From Squalus acanthias (Eukaryota): a DNA stretch of 64,000 nucleotides. The DNA is taken from contig CM059432.1 in the NCBI GenBank assembly GCA_030390025.1, positions 58,282,001 to 58,346,000 on the forward strand, in the 5' to 3' direction. Below the pieces are notes generated by a model. It worked only from the letters and a program-made list of their open reading frames with translations. It did not search any database and was not told the DNA's origin. Positions 25,143 to 39,311 of the stretch are shown here, piece after piece; position 1 is the first letter of the stretch; each line of letters starts with the position of its first letter. Position numbers and translations under genes: made by a program.

Positions 25143-27016
25143 TTAAAATTCATTCTCTGGATGTAGGCGTCGCTGGCAAGGCCAGCATTTATTCCAGATC
25201 ACTAGTTGCCCTTGAAGCTGGTGGTGAGCCGCCTTCTTGAACCATGGCAGTCCATGTGCTGAAGCTGTTCCCAAAATGCTGTTTGGTAGGGAGTTCAAGG
25301 ATTTTGACCCACGACAATATATGTCCAAGTCGGGATGGTGTGTGACTTGGAGGGGAACCATGCACCTGATGCCCTTGTCCTTTTTAGATGGTAGAGGTCA
25401 CAGGTTTGGGAGGTGCTGGCGAAGATGCCTTGATGAGTTGCTGCAATGCATCCTATAGATAGCAGCCACTGTGCGCGGGTGGTGGAGGGAGTGGATGTTT
25501 AAGGTGGTGGATGGGCTGCTTTGTCCTGAATGGTGTCAAACTTCTTGAGTGTTGTTGCAGCTGCACCCATCCATGCAAGTGGAGAATATTCCATCACACT
25601 CCTGAATTGTTCCTTGTCAGTGGTGGAGAGGCTTTGGGGAGTCAAGCGGTGAGCTACTTGCTGCATAATACCCAGCCTCTGACCTGCTCTAGTAGCCACA
25701 GTATTTATGTGGCTGGTCAAGTTGAGTTTCTGGTCAATGGCGACCCCCAGCATATTGATGGTGGGTGACTCGGCGATGGTAGTGCCATTAAATGCCATGG
25801 GGAAGTGGGCGGTTAGACTCTCTCTTGTTGGAGATGGTCATTGCCTGGCACTTGTATGGCGTTAATGCTACTTGCCACTTATCAGCCCAAGCTTGGATAT
25901 TTTCCAAGTCTTAATACATGAGGGCGTGGACTGCTGCATAATCTGAGGAATTGCGAATGGAGATGAACACTGTGCAATCATCAGCAAACAGCCCTAATTC
26001 TGACCTTATGATAGAGGGTAGGTAGGTCATTGAGGAAGCACCTGAAGATAGTAGGGCCTAGCCCTGAAGAACTCCTGCAGCAATGTCCTGGGGCTGAGAT
26101 GATTGGCCTCCAATAAACACAACTATCTTTCTTTGTGCTAGGTATGACTCCAGCCACTGGAGAGTGTTCCCCCTGATCCCATTTGACATCAGATTTACTA
26201 GGGCTCCTTGGTGCCACACTCTGTCCAATGCTGCCTTGATGTCAAGGGCAGTCACTCTCACCTCACCTCTAGAATCCAGCTCTTTTGTCCATGTTTCAGC
26301 CAAGGCTGTAATGAGGTCTGCAGCCAAGTGGTCATGGTGGAACCCAAACTGAGCATCGGTGAGCATGTTATTGGTGAGTCAGTGCCGTTTGATAGCACTC
26401 TTGTTGACTCCTTCCATCACTTTGCTGATGATTGGGAGTGGGCTGATAGAACAGTAATTGGCCAGGTTGGATTTGTCCTGCTTTTTGTTGACCTGGGCAA
26501 TTTTCTGCATTATCGGGTAGATACCAGTGTTGTAGCTGTACTGGAACAGCTTGGCTAGAGATGTAGCTAGTTCTGGAGCACAGGTTTTCAGCAGCACAGC
26601 TGGGATGTTGTTCGGACCCGTAGCTTTTGCTGTGTCCAGTGCGCACAGCCGTTGATATCATGTGGAGTGAATCGAATTGGCTGAAGACTGGCTTCTGTGA
26701 TAAGAAAATTATTAAGAGCAGGAGTAGATCATGGCTGATCTTCTACCTCAACTTCACTTTCCTGCACTATCCCCATATCCCTTGATTCCCTTAATATCCA
26801 AAATTCTATCGTGATGGTGCGGATCTCAGGAGGAGGCCGAGAAGGATAATCCACTCGACTGATGGTTGCGAACGCTTCATACTTGTCTTTTGCACTCGTG
26901 CTGGGCTCCACCATCGTTGAGGATAATCTTGTTCATGGACCCTCCCCCTCCCGTTAATTGCTTAATTGTCCACCACCATTCACGACTGGGTGTGGCAGGA
27001 TTTCAGAGCTTTGACC
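25143..27016 (-). mobile_element. CR1-clade (Zenon-like) LINE, 5'-truncated, with a small CR1 3'-end insertion at ~26701-26810
   Basis: 'ALDIKAALDRVWHQG', 'LKTCAPELA', 'RSVMEYSPLAW'; homologous to 10939-13680. Confidence 0.9.
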
Positions 27017-28669
27017 TGTTTGCAAATTTCATCTTTCATCTTATGGTAACAGTAAATAGACTTGAGTGTCAGTGCAAAGGTAATAACAGGGAAGCTTATT
27101 ACTTTCTTTGCATCAAAGGATAACACTAATTGTGAATTGAAAATTATTGATCCCCTTTAAAAGAAAATCACAGTAAATGCTTCATTTGTCATCATGATAG
27201 GTTTGAAGTTACTGGCCGGGAAATTCAACCCCATTTCACTTGTTTTTTGGGCTGTAAATGGGAGGCAAAATTATCAATTTTACCAGTTTTGTCCGGCTCC
27301 CCAAGGACGCCTGAAATATTGTATTGAATATGTTAATGAGGGGCCTGACGCCTGCTTCAGGCCCCCTCTCCTAAACTGGTCAGCTCCGGTTATCCTGCAT
27401 TTGCTGCAACTTAACCAATGGTTGCTAACAAAAAGGTAAGTTTTATTTGATATACACACCTTCATGCAGATCCAGAAGCGCGGGAGTGCTTCTCCCGGAT
27501 CCACAGCACTACTGCAGGCCGCTTTGGCCCAGGTAAGCCCCCACCTATTCTCCTCCACCTCTCCACCTCAGGACTTACCTGATGGCTGCTGCTGGCAAGG
27601 CAGCTGGCCCAAATTGGAGGCCAGTACACCAGTGAGCTACCTCAGGAGGCACGACAGGTGCCCGAGACCCAACTATGGGTGAGCCTTGGGCCTCTGCCTT
27701 CTGGTGCACTCCTAACGTGCCAACCATTTTGGGTCCAAAAATGTACTAAACTAGTTTCAAGGCTGATGTGTCAATATAAAGTTGGTACAGTAATACGTAT
27801 AACAAGTAAACAGGCTTGTGTTAGAAACAGGATAACATGGGTAGGAAGGCATTAGATATAGAAGATAATACATAGGAAGAGACGGAGTGACCTCTGGCTC
27901 ATGGGTAGTATTCCCACCTCTGGGGCAGAAGAGTTGGGGTTGGGCTCCATTCCAAACAGCCCCAGCAATTGGAGACCAAAGTGCTGGCTCTGAATACTGG
28001 GTTGATAGTCAGTGGGGGTACTTGTGTCCTGTAAGTGTGGATGTTCTTTCCATCATAAGTAGTTGGTGGGCTCCTTAGCATTGGTTGCAGCCCACCTAGG
28101 AGAAGGAACTTTGAAGATAAAAACCATGAGGAAGGCAATGGGAAACCACCTCAGCTACTCTTCCCTAGTAAGGGCTCAAGAATTTCATGTGTGAGAGTTG
28201 AGTTAGGACCTGTCCTGGGGCAGAACACAATGGATGGAGGGAAGGACGTAGGTAAGTCCTTGTTACATATCAGAAATACTCATTTTGTAGGAATGTAGGT
28301 TAATTATATAAGACTGTGTTACTAGGTTAATATATTGGCTGGAAGTGTTAGTATGTAGGATAACACATTGACCAACAATATATTATACATAGGATGGCAT
28401 ATACATCTATAGACCTGCATTTCCCTTTAAAAAATAAATGCCCATTTTCAGACAACGTAGAGATGGTCTGGCAAGTAAAATGAGGCAGAGTCTTTATGTC
28501 AAGACTCCCTTCCGAACACCATTGAGGGAGCATCTTCACCACACAAACTGCAGAACTTTAATTAGAAGGCCCACCACCACTTTTTCAAAGGCAACTACAG
28601 ATGGCCAATAAATGCCAGCCTTGGCAGAAATGCACACATCCCCAGAATTTTTTTTTTTTTTTTAAGAAT

Positions 28670-29830
28670 CCATGGATCCTGCTGCAGAGAATATCTGGGC
28701 CTGGCCCTCCATTCTGCTTGTTTCTGCTACTCTGCAACCATCTCCACTTGCTCCTCTTCACTTGCGTTGTGTGTTTCAACAGGATTTCTCCCCTGAGTAT
28801 CTCTGTCTGATTCACCCGAAGTGGGTGTGTCTGAGCTGGTGTCTGCGTGTTCAGGATTGTATTACAGATGCTGATGAGATGGCCCAACTTTCTACATGGG
28901 TCTGGTGGCAGGGACATCATCTTTGGAGGTCACCACACAAAGAGAAAGCAAACATGTGTTACCATGGTGCCTGCCTGAAATAATTGAGCATGCAGTCCCA
29001 ATGCTAATACACTGAGTGCTCTGCTGCTGCTGAGCGGGTGTGCCAGTGAGTGAGTTTGAAGTGTGAGTAAGAAGAAGTTAAAGAGGATAATTGCCTTGTG
29101 AGGCAGCCAGCAAGCTGCTAAGCTCCCTATAGCCTGCTCCCTCTATTGTTTTGACACCAATGATTTGAAGAGCTCTCCTCTTGTACTAATTCAGAGGTTG
29201 GCAGACCTAGCACCGTCTTTGTTTCTCTGTGGTTGTGTTCAGCCTTCTCCTTTCAAAAAGGACAAAACATACAGTGGGCATGTAGAAGGACATAGAGTTT
29301 CACCTCAGTACCCAGCCTACATTCCACTTTATGTCAATGGATGAATAATTGGCAAGCAAGTTTCAGATGGCATTTTGATTTGGTGGCACAACATGCAACA
29401 GTTATGTGTGACATTTGTAAGTACTAACCACAAATTGCAAGCTCAAATATGATGGATATGGAAGTGCAGATGTAAAAGATGTGGGAGGTTGTGCCAGTGC
29501 TTCCCATATTCTGTTGGTGATGCAGCACCATGCTTACAAAACGTGCTTGAGGCATGATACTATGGGCATTGACTTAATTTGTGGTATCAAAATGTGGGCA
29601 GTCTTACCTGAGCATTCTTCTTCAAGCCTCAGAATTTCTTTCTCATTTGCTCACATGACTTATGATGCCGGAGAGATAGCATTTAGTCGATCAACCTCTT
29701 CTAGCCATGCTTGCTGCAGATTGGGAAATAAGGCTCTCCTTTGGCGCCATGTATGACCACCCTCCTCTGTTGCATTTCTTCCAGAACACCCAAACTATCA
29801 TTATCAAAAAGAGCTCTTCTATGCAGGTGT
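28670..29830 (-). pseudogene. Ancient Harbinger Myb/SANT gene remnant
   Basis: Frameshifted minus-strand 'FDNDSLGVLEEMQQRR...LQQAWLEEVDRLNAIS...SCEQMRKKF*GLKKNAQ|gtaag', then 'ag|EKAEHNHRE' near 29250 and 'DTSSDTPTSG' near 28840. Confidence 0.6.
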
Positions 29831-30028
29831 CCTTGCTGACTTTCCATAGGTGTTCTTCAATGTAGTCAAAACAAACAGCTATTTTAAAATGGAACAGTAG
29901 CCATTTAAAAGCTGCTGCTCTCTTGATTCTCTGCACTTTCTATTCATTGCATTCCCTGTGCTTGTGGAAAAACATGAAAGAAGCACATTCAAAATTATGA
30001 CAATAAGCATACCTGCAGGAAAGATTGT

Positions 30029-33000
30029 GGGCTCGATTTTGCCATTGGGGGCGGGCTGGGGCGTGTCAGGTGGTTTTCGTGTCAGGACCCCGACTCCGAT
30101 GTGAAGTGGGAAAAAAGTGCGATTTTGCCCTAATTGGGCACTTGATTTCCAGCGTGTGGAAACCCCTGGCCCAATGAGTCTTTTCATACAGAAAGTCGCC
30201 TCTGATGACGTCATCAATGCTGCTGGATTTAAGGCCTGCAAGCAGCCTTGCTTCTTCTGGAGACTTTAAACTTTATGCCCATTATTGTGATCGCTTCATT
30301 CAGCAACTATGTCCAGCAGTAGGCCAAAGTGTGCTCCAAGGTTCGATGAGGCCTCCCTCCAAGCTCTGGTGGAGGGAGCAAGATCAAATAAGGAGGTGCT
30401 CTTCCCTTCCTCAGGGATGAAACAGCCTCCCCAGCAGACTAAAGCTGTGTGGCTGCAAGTGGCCCAGGAGGTCAACTCCATCTCTATGTGCTGCAGAACC
30501 TGGCTGCAATGCAGGAAGAGGTTTCATGACCTTCTCCGCACAGGAAAAGTGAGTATGACTTTCCCATCACCCTCAATCTGATCCCCATCGCCTCTCCTCA
30601 CCAGCACTCTGCTTTGCCAACCTCTTCCTCCACATCCCACTTGACACTGACATCCCTGCACCCTTACCCATTCCCTCTCTATGGTCACATTCACTTAACT
30701 ATTCGACCATGCAGCCCTCACACTCCCTATCACTGTGATGCAATGACAACAACTTACAACACACAGGGAGGGCCCTTTGTCTCCTAAGCATCTATGCTAT
30801 GGATTCTCTACACTCACTCCTTCATTCTCAATCAAAATCCACTTGTGTCCCTCATTGCAGGAAAAGAGAGCCCACAATAAGAGGGAAAGAGTGAGGACAG
30901 GAGGAGGGCCACCCTCAGTAGCCCAGTTCACCACCTCGGAGGAGGCGGCCCTGGAAATCTCCGGTGTCGAGGAAGATTCACAAGTGTGGGATGAACAGAC
31001 GGGCGCATCACAGCAAGCTAGTGACAGAATAGTTTGGCATCTCTCTCATTGACATTGCAGGAGTGACATAATGATTCTGATGCTCTAACAGATTGACTTA
31101 TGATCATCTGCATAATTCAATGTGCATACAACCTTTACCTCACATCTCTGACTCTTTCCTTTACTCCCCCACAGGACCATCGAGAGCCCCCGTCCAGCCT
31201 GAGCTTCAAGACTCCCCAGAGGAAGCTGCAACCTCTGAGGGCGTAGCGTCAGCAGAATGCTATGCACCCAGCACCAGCGCAGACAGTCACACCTCGGTGG
31301 GACCTTCGCGAGATAGAGTAGTGTTGTCACCTGGTGTATCTCAGCTCACAAGTGAGCATCAGCAGATGGTGGAGACAGGGACAGCAGTGGAGAGTCCTCG
31401 TCAGGAGGGCGCAGGACTCTGCCAGCTCGGCTCAGCTGCATGTCGACCCTGTGCTTCCGGGTCCATCCAGAAGGAGAGCGGTGCTGGAACTCCAGGAACA
31501 GGTGCAGGAGTCTCTGGCAGGTTTTGTCTCCAGGGTCGCTGCGAGTGTGGAGCGAATGGAGGAGTCCATCGCGAACATGAGCAGAGCCTTTGTGGAGGCA
31601 TTGGCGCATGAACACATCACCACGGAAAGGATGGAAACCTCTGTGGAAAGGATGACTACAGTAGAGGAGAGGATGGCTACGGCCATGGAGGAGCTAAGTC
31701 GCCAGAGTGTAGAAAACATGGTCATTGTTCAGAATAGACTGGCATCTCTTGAGGAGCGATGGCCAGCTATTGAGCATAGAAACCAGACCTTCATGGAAGT
31801 CCTCTGGAGTAGGACTTCCAGTGCAGAAACGGGTCCTCATGGCCCCCCTGAAGTGCAGCAAGGTGCTGTCAAGCCACTTGCTAGCTCTGAAGTGGGGCTG
31901 ACCCATGAGAGGAATGTTGGTGCCAGACAACAAGGAAGTGGGGGCTCCTCTCCAAGCGCTCACACGAGCATGCCACTGCAAAGCCCTCAGTCAGAGCCCC
32001 ACCAGAGTCCTCACCCAACTGAGATGGGCGTCTCATCCCCTGCACAGCCGCAGGAGCAGCAGACTGTTGCCGAGCCCCTCACAGGTTTGCAACCCCAAAG
32101 GATGGCCGCCAAAGGTGTCGAGACAGGAGCAGTAAGAAAGTGAGCAAGGGGCCTCCACATCTGCTGAAGCCACTGGGGAAGCACCACGTAGGAGCATGCG
32201 TAAGAGGAAGATAAAGCACAAGTAGCCACGAGGGTAGTCACTTGGGTGTTATGTTGTGTTTATTTTTGAAATGCCATCAGTTGCTTGTTGTGATAAAAAA
32301 TTCTGATGACAAACTGTTGAAGTTGTGTTATTTCGCAAATGGGACTTCCACGTTGAGGGCTTAGAGTGACTTGCAATTGGCAGTATGGTGGTCAGAGTGA
32401 TAGGAATCCGTAGATTCTTGTCCATTGTCGATGCTCTGGTAAGAAGGTGCAAGGCAAAAGTGATTGATTGTGCAGGCTAAGCAAATCTGGCCAACCTGAG
32501 TGCATCCCGGGCAGCAATGTGGTCGGCGCTGGCGCCTTCTGGCCTGTGCAGCTTCAGGTGGGTGAGCAGCAGCTTGGCGCTCCTGTTGTTGCTGCTGCTG
32601 TTGTTCATGGTTCTGCTGCTGCTACGGCTGGTCTTCGTCCGAATCTGATGTCCAGGAGGAAAGGAAATAAATGGTTCCCATGCTTCTGGTATATGCCTCA
32701 GTTGAGGAAACGCTTAGTCAAGGTGGGGAGAGGGGTTTCCCAGGAGGTCTCACTGGAGATGGGTGTCAGGCTCCAAACTTCCACAACAATGAGTATGCCT
32801 GCTAAAAGTTCCCCCAGACCTGAGACAACAAAGTTCTGCCATCTGCAAATGATCATTGGTGAAAACTCCTTTTTAATGGTGGAGCTGCAGCTGTTAGTAA
32901 GCAATCCACTTGTGAGGCCGCCAGGATTAACTGGCGTGTTCCAGAGGAGACTTGCAGGATGGGGGAAAAGTGTTAAAATCAGATAGGCCTCTCAAAATGG

Positions 33001-33213
33001 GATTATAGAGGCAATTAACTGCTTGTTAAGGGCCTATCCCGCATCTTGGAGGCGGGATGGAAACGGGGTCTGAAACCCTGATTCTTGGAAAATTGCTCGG
33101 AGGCAGCTGGAGGTGGTATCGGAGCTGCCCGCCATTTTTTGCGATTTTAACACCTCACACACCTTCAATCCCGCCTCCAATCCCGCCTCCTCGGGACTGG
33201 CAAAATCGAGCCC
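30029..33213. mobile_element. Harbinger copy B, non-autonomous (same family as A and D, opposite orientation), 3185 bp
   Basis: Perfect 16-bp TIR GGGCTCGATTTTGCCA; TSD TGT/TAT; transposase remnant on - at ~32478-32681. Confidence 0.95.
30309..32225 (+). pseudogene. Myb/SANT-like gene of copy B, exons 30309-30548, 30861-31020, 31175-32225
   Basis: Exons 1 and 2 open ('MSSSRPKCAPRFDEASL...CRKRFHDL'); exon 3 has frameshifts near 31400 and 32080 and a stop. Confidence 0.9.
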
Positions 33214-34469
33214 TATGGGAGTGCAAACATCTTGGCTCCAATTTTGCCAGGGTTTCTGAATTGGCCAGTAAGTTTCTTCATCACACATGGTTTTATTGAA
33301 CACTGTAGGAGAAATTTTCTACAGCACAACCCATGATTTTCCATCTTTGATTTCTCAGAATTTTTTTTTATTCGTTTATGGGATGTGGGCGTCGCTGGCA
33401 AGGCCAGCATTTATTGCCCATCCCTAGAATGTCGCTATAAACAGGTTCCACTTGCCTGTCAAGTACTTTGGGACATCCTGAGGTCAGGAATAATGCCAAA
33501 TTAATGCAAGTTCTTTCTTTCTTCTATTATGCCCAACAGCTTCAGGACACTGGCCACCTCACAAAAGATCTACAAAGTCTTAGCCCTAAAGTCATGTTAA
33601 CAGTTAAAATATTAAAAAATCATGCTTCTGGCATCTGACATTTATGCTTTCATTTTAAAATTTGAAACATTTGGAGCAGAATATTTTTTTCTTTCACTTC
33701 AGAGAAGCTTGGTCTGTCAGTTCATCCATCTCAAAGAACAATTGGAGCTCTATTTTACATTCTAACCTGTTATACGTTCTAGTAATTCCCAGGGCAGTAT
33801 ACAGAATTGCCTTATCGCAGGTACACTCCCATTTGTTTTTGAACAGAAGAGAATGTAATTGATGTCTTGTAAATGAGATTATACTAACACTGGATCATTT
33901 CTGAAAAGGCATTCAAAAGACGATAGATGAGCAAAGCAGCTCAAAAATGTCACGTGATTATGAATGGGAGAACCCGGAATGAAAATCGGAGTGTCGGCTG
34001 ATTTCCAGGGTTTCCATGGCTCTTTCGCCAAAGTCGCCCCCTGTGCAAATTCACCCCGATGTTCAGACCAGAAAGCATACAGAGCACCCAGGATGAAGAT
34101 ATGCTATTGTGCCAAAAGTTTGCTTTGAACTTAATTGAAGTACTGCAGGAAGACCAAGATAGGACTAAGAATGGGGGGGGGGGGGGAGAGTTAAAGTGAC
34201 AAAAAACCACAAGAGCATAAGACCTTATACAGTGAAAAAAGGCTCTTCAATGATTCAAGCCTGCTCCTTCCAGAGACCATGCAAAATATACCTTATCGTA
34301 GATTCTACTTCATCTATTTAATCTCTCAAAGGAAAAGTCTGCAAAATTGCTCCTTGTTCCCTGAAAGTAATCAAACAAAACTTCAGGATATCTATCTATG
34401 CTTACCCTTCCATTATTGAATTCTGCCTGTTGTGTTCATGACATACTCATGTTTGATAATACCATAGAT

Positions 34470-37400
34470 CTGGGAGGTGGTGGACATGCCCTTGGCAGTT
34501 GGCAGGAGGTCCAAACAATTTTGGTGGTCAGGCCTCCCATTCATGCAAGAGGCAAGCTGCCAGCACTAATCATGCTGGCTATAGGCAGCTTATCATTTGG
34601 GAGGGTGGGAAATCCAGTGGGCCTGCTGCCACTTAAAGGCAACCTGCAGCCCTAAAAGGGGAGGTGCACTTTTCAAAGGGAGGAAGTGGAGAGCACGTTA
34701 CTGAGGCATCAGGCAGCATTATGTTGTTCTGGGTTTACCCAATTCTCTGATGTATCCAAGGAGGTGCTTGCAGTGCAAGTGAGAAACAGGAAGGAGGCCG
34801 TCCTTCACTCCGATAGGCTATGGGTGCCCCATCAAATTAGCCAGCAGCAGTGGAAAAAATTGGTTGGGCAGGTCAATGCTAGAAGCATAGTTCCAGGGAC
34901 CTTGCTGTACTACAGACAGAACCTTACCAGAATTACTAAGCTAAGACTAATCTTCATATTTCTCTTGCTCTCTACACTGCCCTGCAACACCAGACTTGAG
35001 CCCCAGCACTAGCAACCCTTCCCTCCACCACTTCACAAGCCTTCCTTCCAATCACAAAAGGACACTTCATTGCCCCTCCTTTTTTCAGTCACTCACACAC
35101 TGCTATTGCCTTCACAACAACTTCCCCCTCTTGCCCACACTTGATGCTTCTTCCTCTCAGCATGCACACTTGCTAAGCTGCCTCACATATCTTCAAAACT
35201 CTTCTACAAGGCATACATTAACCCACTCCCATTCTTCTTGCAGGAAAAGCTGGCGCACAATCGAAGGGAGACCTCAAGAACAGGAGCAGGTTGTGCCACG
35301 TAGCAAAGTTTGACTCCAATGGAGGACTCCACCATCAACCTCATTGGCAGAGGGAGGATGTGCACCATTGGAGATGGCAAGACTGGAGGCCGTGCATGGC
35401 AGGGTGTTTGGGCATTTTGTCTTTTCACTTAACTCCTAAACTCTCTCACTTGCACACACAGAATGATAACCTGGTGCTGCATTGCGCTGCCACTCATCTG
35501 CCTCTGCTTATCCTTGACATTACATGCTTCTGCCCTTTTTCTAGGTCCTTCAGATGACTTCTGCCCTGTAGCCACGCAGATGGAGGGGGAGGACTCTCTT
35601 GAAGATGCAACGTTACTTGCTCTTACTATTGCAAGTACCAGCACAGAAATCGACTACCCGCATGGTACAGATAGTGAGTTAAAGGGGTCTACATAGATGA
35701 GCAGAAGCAGGTGCAGTTGGAAAGGAAACAGCTCACTGGAGGAGAAGCAAGTATCCTAGCTCTGCTGAAAAGGACAGAGGTGCAGACTTTAGGGGCCCAG
35801 TTGTTAAATGAAAATTGATTTCTGCATACCAGCAGTTGCTGAATGTAGTGGAATGCCTGCCAGAAAACTACTGCAACATGTTTGAGAGTGTGGAGGAGTC
35901 TATTACCAACTTGTCTGGGGATCTGATGTACTCTGCAGTGCATGGAACTTGTGGTCAACTCAATCAATGCTGCTGCTGGGCCCTCCTTGCAGGAGTCAGT
36001 GGCACCAGTGGCATTTCTCAGAGATGGTCATATTGGGGCCATGCAGGGTCTGGGCTCCACCATCTCCTCTGTCATGGACAGGCTGGAAGACTGAATGGAT
36101 AAGGATTTCAGCTGCATTACAGATCTGTTACAGTCATGGAGGTTTTGAGCCGGAGCAGGGGCAGTCATGCAATGGGAAGGGAACGTGTTGCTCTTTCCCA
36201 AGAGGATAGCTTGTTTGGATTGTCGCCGCCCCCCTCAACCAACGCCCGCCCTGGTGGCAGAAAGCCAGCATGGATCAGATTGCCTTGGCAGCCACCGAGT
36301 AGCTGCAGTTTGCAGCCGAGCCCTCTCAGTCCCAAGCTACTACAGGTTGACAACCAGAAGCATCTGAAGAACCCTTGACTGAGTCACAGCATTCTTCCAC
36401 CTCCCAAACTGAAGCTACTGAGGAAGCACCTTGTATAAGCGCCAGAGAAAGTAACAGATCACTTAACACAGGCGCCATGGGCTCGCACCTGGGTGATAAT
36501 TAATGAGTAGGCATTTGTATAAGACAGTAAAATGATTTAAAAAAAATGAAATCTTTGTGTGCAGAGTGTTCCTGTAGTAGCTGGGGCTCCTGCAATGTCA
36601 CGTGACATGAATATCAATGTTGGTCTTTGGGCAGATGCAGTTTATTTGAGGGTGGAAAGACTGGGAGAGATGACTTGATGCTGGGGAGCAGGGATTGTTC
36701 AGCTGAAGTGCTCTTCAAAGAACTCTGGCTGAAGGCAAGTGTTGGAGCCCTCCTGCTTCCTCGCTATCCTCTATGTCATCATTGCTTGAGGACTCCGATG
36801 GGCGGCCCAGTGAGGTCACTGGTTGATCCATGGATCTGATTGTAGCACAGTTCAGCTACCCAGCATAGCTTCCTGCGAGGAATCATGAGCCAAGTGAGCT
36901 AGCAACAGCCTTCGTACCCAAGCAGCCAGCCTCTCACCTTCTGTGCAGGGGAAAAGAGTGGGGGGAATGGAGGATTGATACAATATAAAAGCATCACGAT
37001 AGTTGCCAGGAAAGCAGGCACAGACCTGCATGATACACTGCTAATGATCACACACTAGCTCCGCTTTAGTACAGTGGAAGCCTTTGTGATTCATGAAGGC
37101 ACTGAACTCGTCTGAAGGAGTCCGCAGGGCGATGTAGGTGCAGTGAATGAGGCTGTGGACTTGAGGGTTGCCTACAATCTATGTGAACCCAGCAGCCCTA
37201 TCCTGCTGACCACTGGGGAAAGTGATGGAAGTGTTTGCTCTAGAAAACAACGGCATCAGTCACCTGCTTAATGTAAGAACGAAGTGCTGACTGACTGATG
37301 TTATAATATCCGCTGTGGCAGCCTGGAAACAGCTGGAGGCAAAGAGGTTCAGTGCTCTAGTGAGTTTGACTGCACCAGGCAATGCTGTGCTAGCTCTGGC

Positions 37401-37590
37401 AGTTGGTTGTAGATCTAATTGCATCTTCCTTATGCGCTACTCCTCAGAGAAGTGCACATATGTTGTCCTCAGCCTACAAGCTCTTTTGGGAGGGTAATAA
37501 TTCCTGCAAGGGTGCCTCCTTCTAATTGCTCTCTTTGCAGCTGCAGCTCTGCTCCTTCCTCCTATAGCAGTAATAATATATAGACAAAGG
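34470..37590. mobile_element. Old, degraded two-gene Harbinger copy F; termini not resolved
   Basis: Myb remnant on + ('QFSDVSKEVL...QQQWKKLVGQVNARS', 'ag|EKLAHNRRE' at ~35244) convergent with a transposase remnant on -. Confidence 0.8.
36690..37500 (-). pseudogene. HARBI1-like transposase pseudogene of copy F
   Basis: Minus-strand fragments 'NLFASSCFQAATADI', 'LIHCTYIALRTP', 'FPGNYRDAFIL', 'GWLLGYEGC' match motifs of the copy C transposase. Confidence 0.8.
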
Positions 37591-38131
37591 CTGTAGTACT
37601 GTGTCTACGTGCCAAGAATGAGTTTGAAACTTGGAGTCAAACACTTGCAGGTTTATTAAGGGTTAAATAAACAAACATACTTACAGCCAACACCGAGATT
37701 ACATAAGATGCTGCCGCAGAAGAATGCACGTTACAGCCAGTTGAGCTCAAATTCTCTCCTCTCCGCTGCCTTCTGATTTCTTTTAACTTATGGCTATGAT
37801 CTCACCTCGTTTATACTGTTTCTAGCTGCACCACTCCATAGGCATCTGTTTTCCATCAGCCTTTACACACATTCTCGGTATCAACTGGTACCACTCTCTA
37901 TCAAGATGATCCAGGCCTTCTAAACATTCATCTCACTATTCTGACGTTCTATAATCATGAAGGTAAACAAAAATGCCAGTGTTTAGGGTTAGCAAGGCTG
38001 TTTTAAAAGATTAGCAAGGCATAAAGGGGGCTATATTCCTATAGCATAGGTAACTGTGTCTCCAGACATAAAAACAGTGATAAAGTTCAATCTAAATGTA
38101 AGCATGCATGATCTGACTTCTGAAACAGACT

Positions 38132-39311
38132 GGCCTGGATTTCAACCCGGAAGCAAGTTCTGTGGGGGCTGTTGTGAGGTTGGAAACCTGGAAGAATGAG
38201 TATACCGAATGTCCTGCAGTTTTTAACTGCAGGGTTCCTATAATTTTCTTTCTGTCGGGTTCCTGTCCACAGACAGCCTGATTGACAGACTGGAGGCCTT
38301 TCGGGCGGGAAGCCTGCTTCACAAGGCCCCAGCCTACGAGAGCAGGCAGGTGTATTGGGGGAGTGAGAGAGATTGTGGGGGAGGTCCCGATTGCGGGGGG
38401 GTGGGGGTCTCGATCGCGGGGGAGTCACAATTGCAGGGGGGGTCCCGATTACGGTGAGGTTCGATGGTGATTGGGGGTTCCCGATCGCAGGGGGAGAGCA
38501 GATGGAGATCGGGGGTCCCGATCGCGGGGGGAGGAGCAGATGGTGAAGGAGAGGAGCAGATAGTAGTCGGGGGGCGGGGGGGGGGGGGGGGGGGTCCGAT
38601 AATGGATGGGCTGGGAGCAGATGGTGGTCGGTGTTCCGATAATGGGTGGGCTGGGAGCAGATGGTGGTCGGTGGTCCGATAATGGGTGGGCTGGGAGCAG
38701 ATGGTGGTCGGTGGTCCGATAATGGGTGGGCTGGGAGCAGATGGTGGTCGGTGGTCCGATAATGGGTGGGCTGGGAGCAGATGGTGGTCGGTGGTCCGAT
38801 AATGGGGGTGCTGGGAGCAGATGGTGGTCGGTGGTCCGATGGTTGGGTTGTAGGGTTCGATGGTGGTGGGGGCAAGCAGATGGTGGCCAGGCGTTCGATG
38901 GTGGAGGGGGAGTAGACAGATCGTGGAGCGGGGTTTACTGGGCAGCTTGTTGGGCCGGGAGGAAACACTCCTGCTCCTCCTGGCCCACAAGCAGTGCTGT
39001 AAAGGTACTTACCCCTTGGATTCATCCCTTCTCGCCTCCTTTCAGCTGTCGGGTTTCCTGAGGCCAGGGAAACCCGGTCGACGTGAGTTAAAAATAGAAT
39101 GACTATTAAAATGAAGGCAGGCAGCCTCATTATAATATGTAAATGACCAATCTGCTTCCCACGAGTGGATTGGTCGCCCGCCTCTCGTCCCGCCTCCGCT
39201 AAAGGAGAAGTGGGCTGGTTCAAGGCAAGTTGGGTTCCTCTTTCAGATTTTTTAAATTTTAACGTCTGACTCGACCTCAATCTCCCATTTTTGGGAGTTA
39301 AAGTTCAGCTC
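38132..39311. mobile_element. Non-autonomous Harbinger-type element carrying a minisatellite
   Basis: Imperfect TIRs GGCCTGGATTTCAAC / GTTAAAGTTCAGCTC (10/15); TSD ACT. Confidence 0.75.
38593..38840. repeat. 40-bp minisatellite, about 6 copies, after a poly-G tract
   Basis: Unit AATGGGTGGGCTGGGAGCAGATGGTGGTCGGTGGTCCGAT, period 40 from 38601 to 38840. Confidence 0.97.

Noticed and set aside
38593..38840. Possible CRISPR-like array
   Set aside because: Units are head-to-tail with no unique spacers, no cas genes are present, and the context is eukaryotic.
38087..39280. 397-aa proline-rich ORF on the minus strand
   Set aside because: It is a stop-free reading of the 40-bp minisatellite and poly-C tract inside a TIR element; no domain similarity seen.
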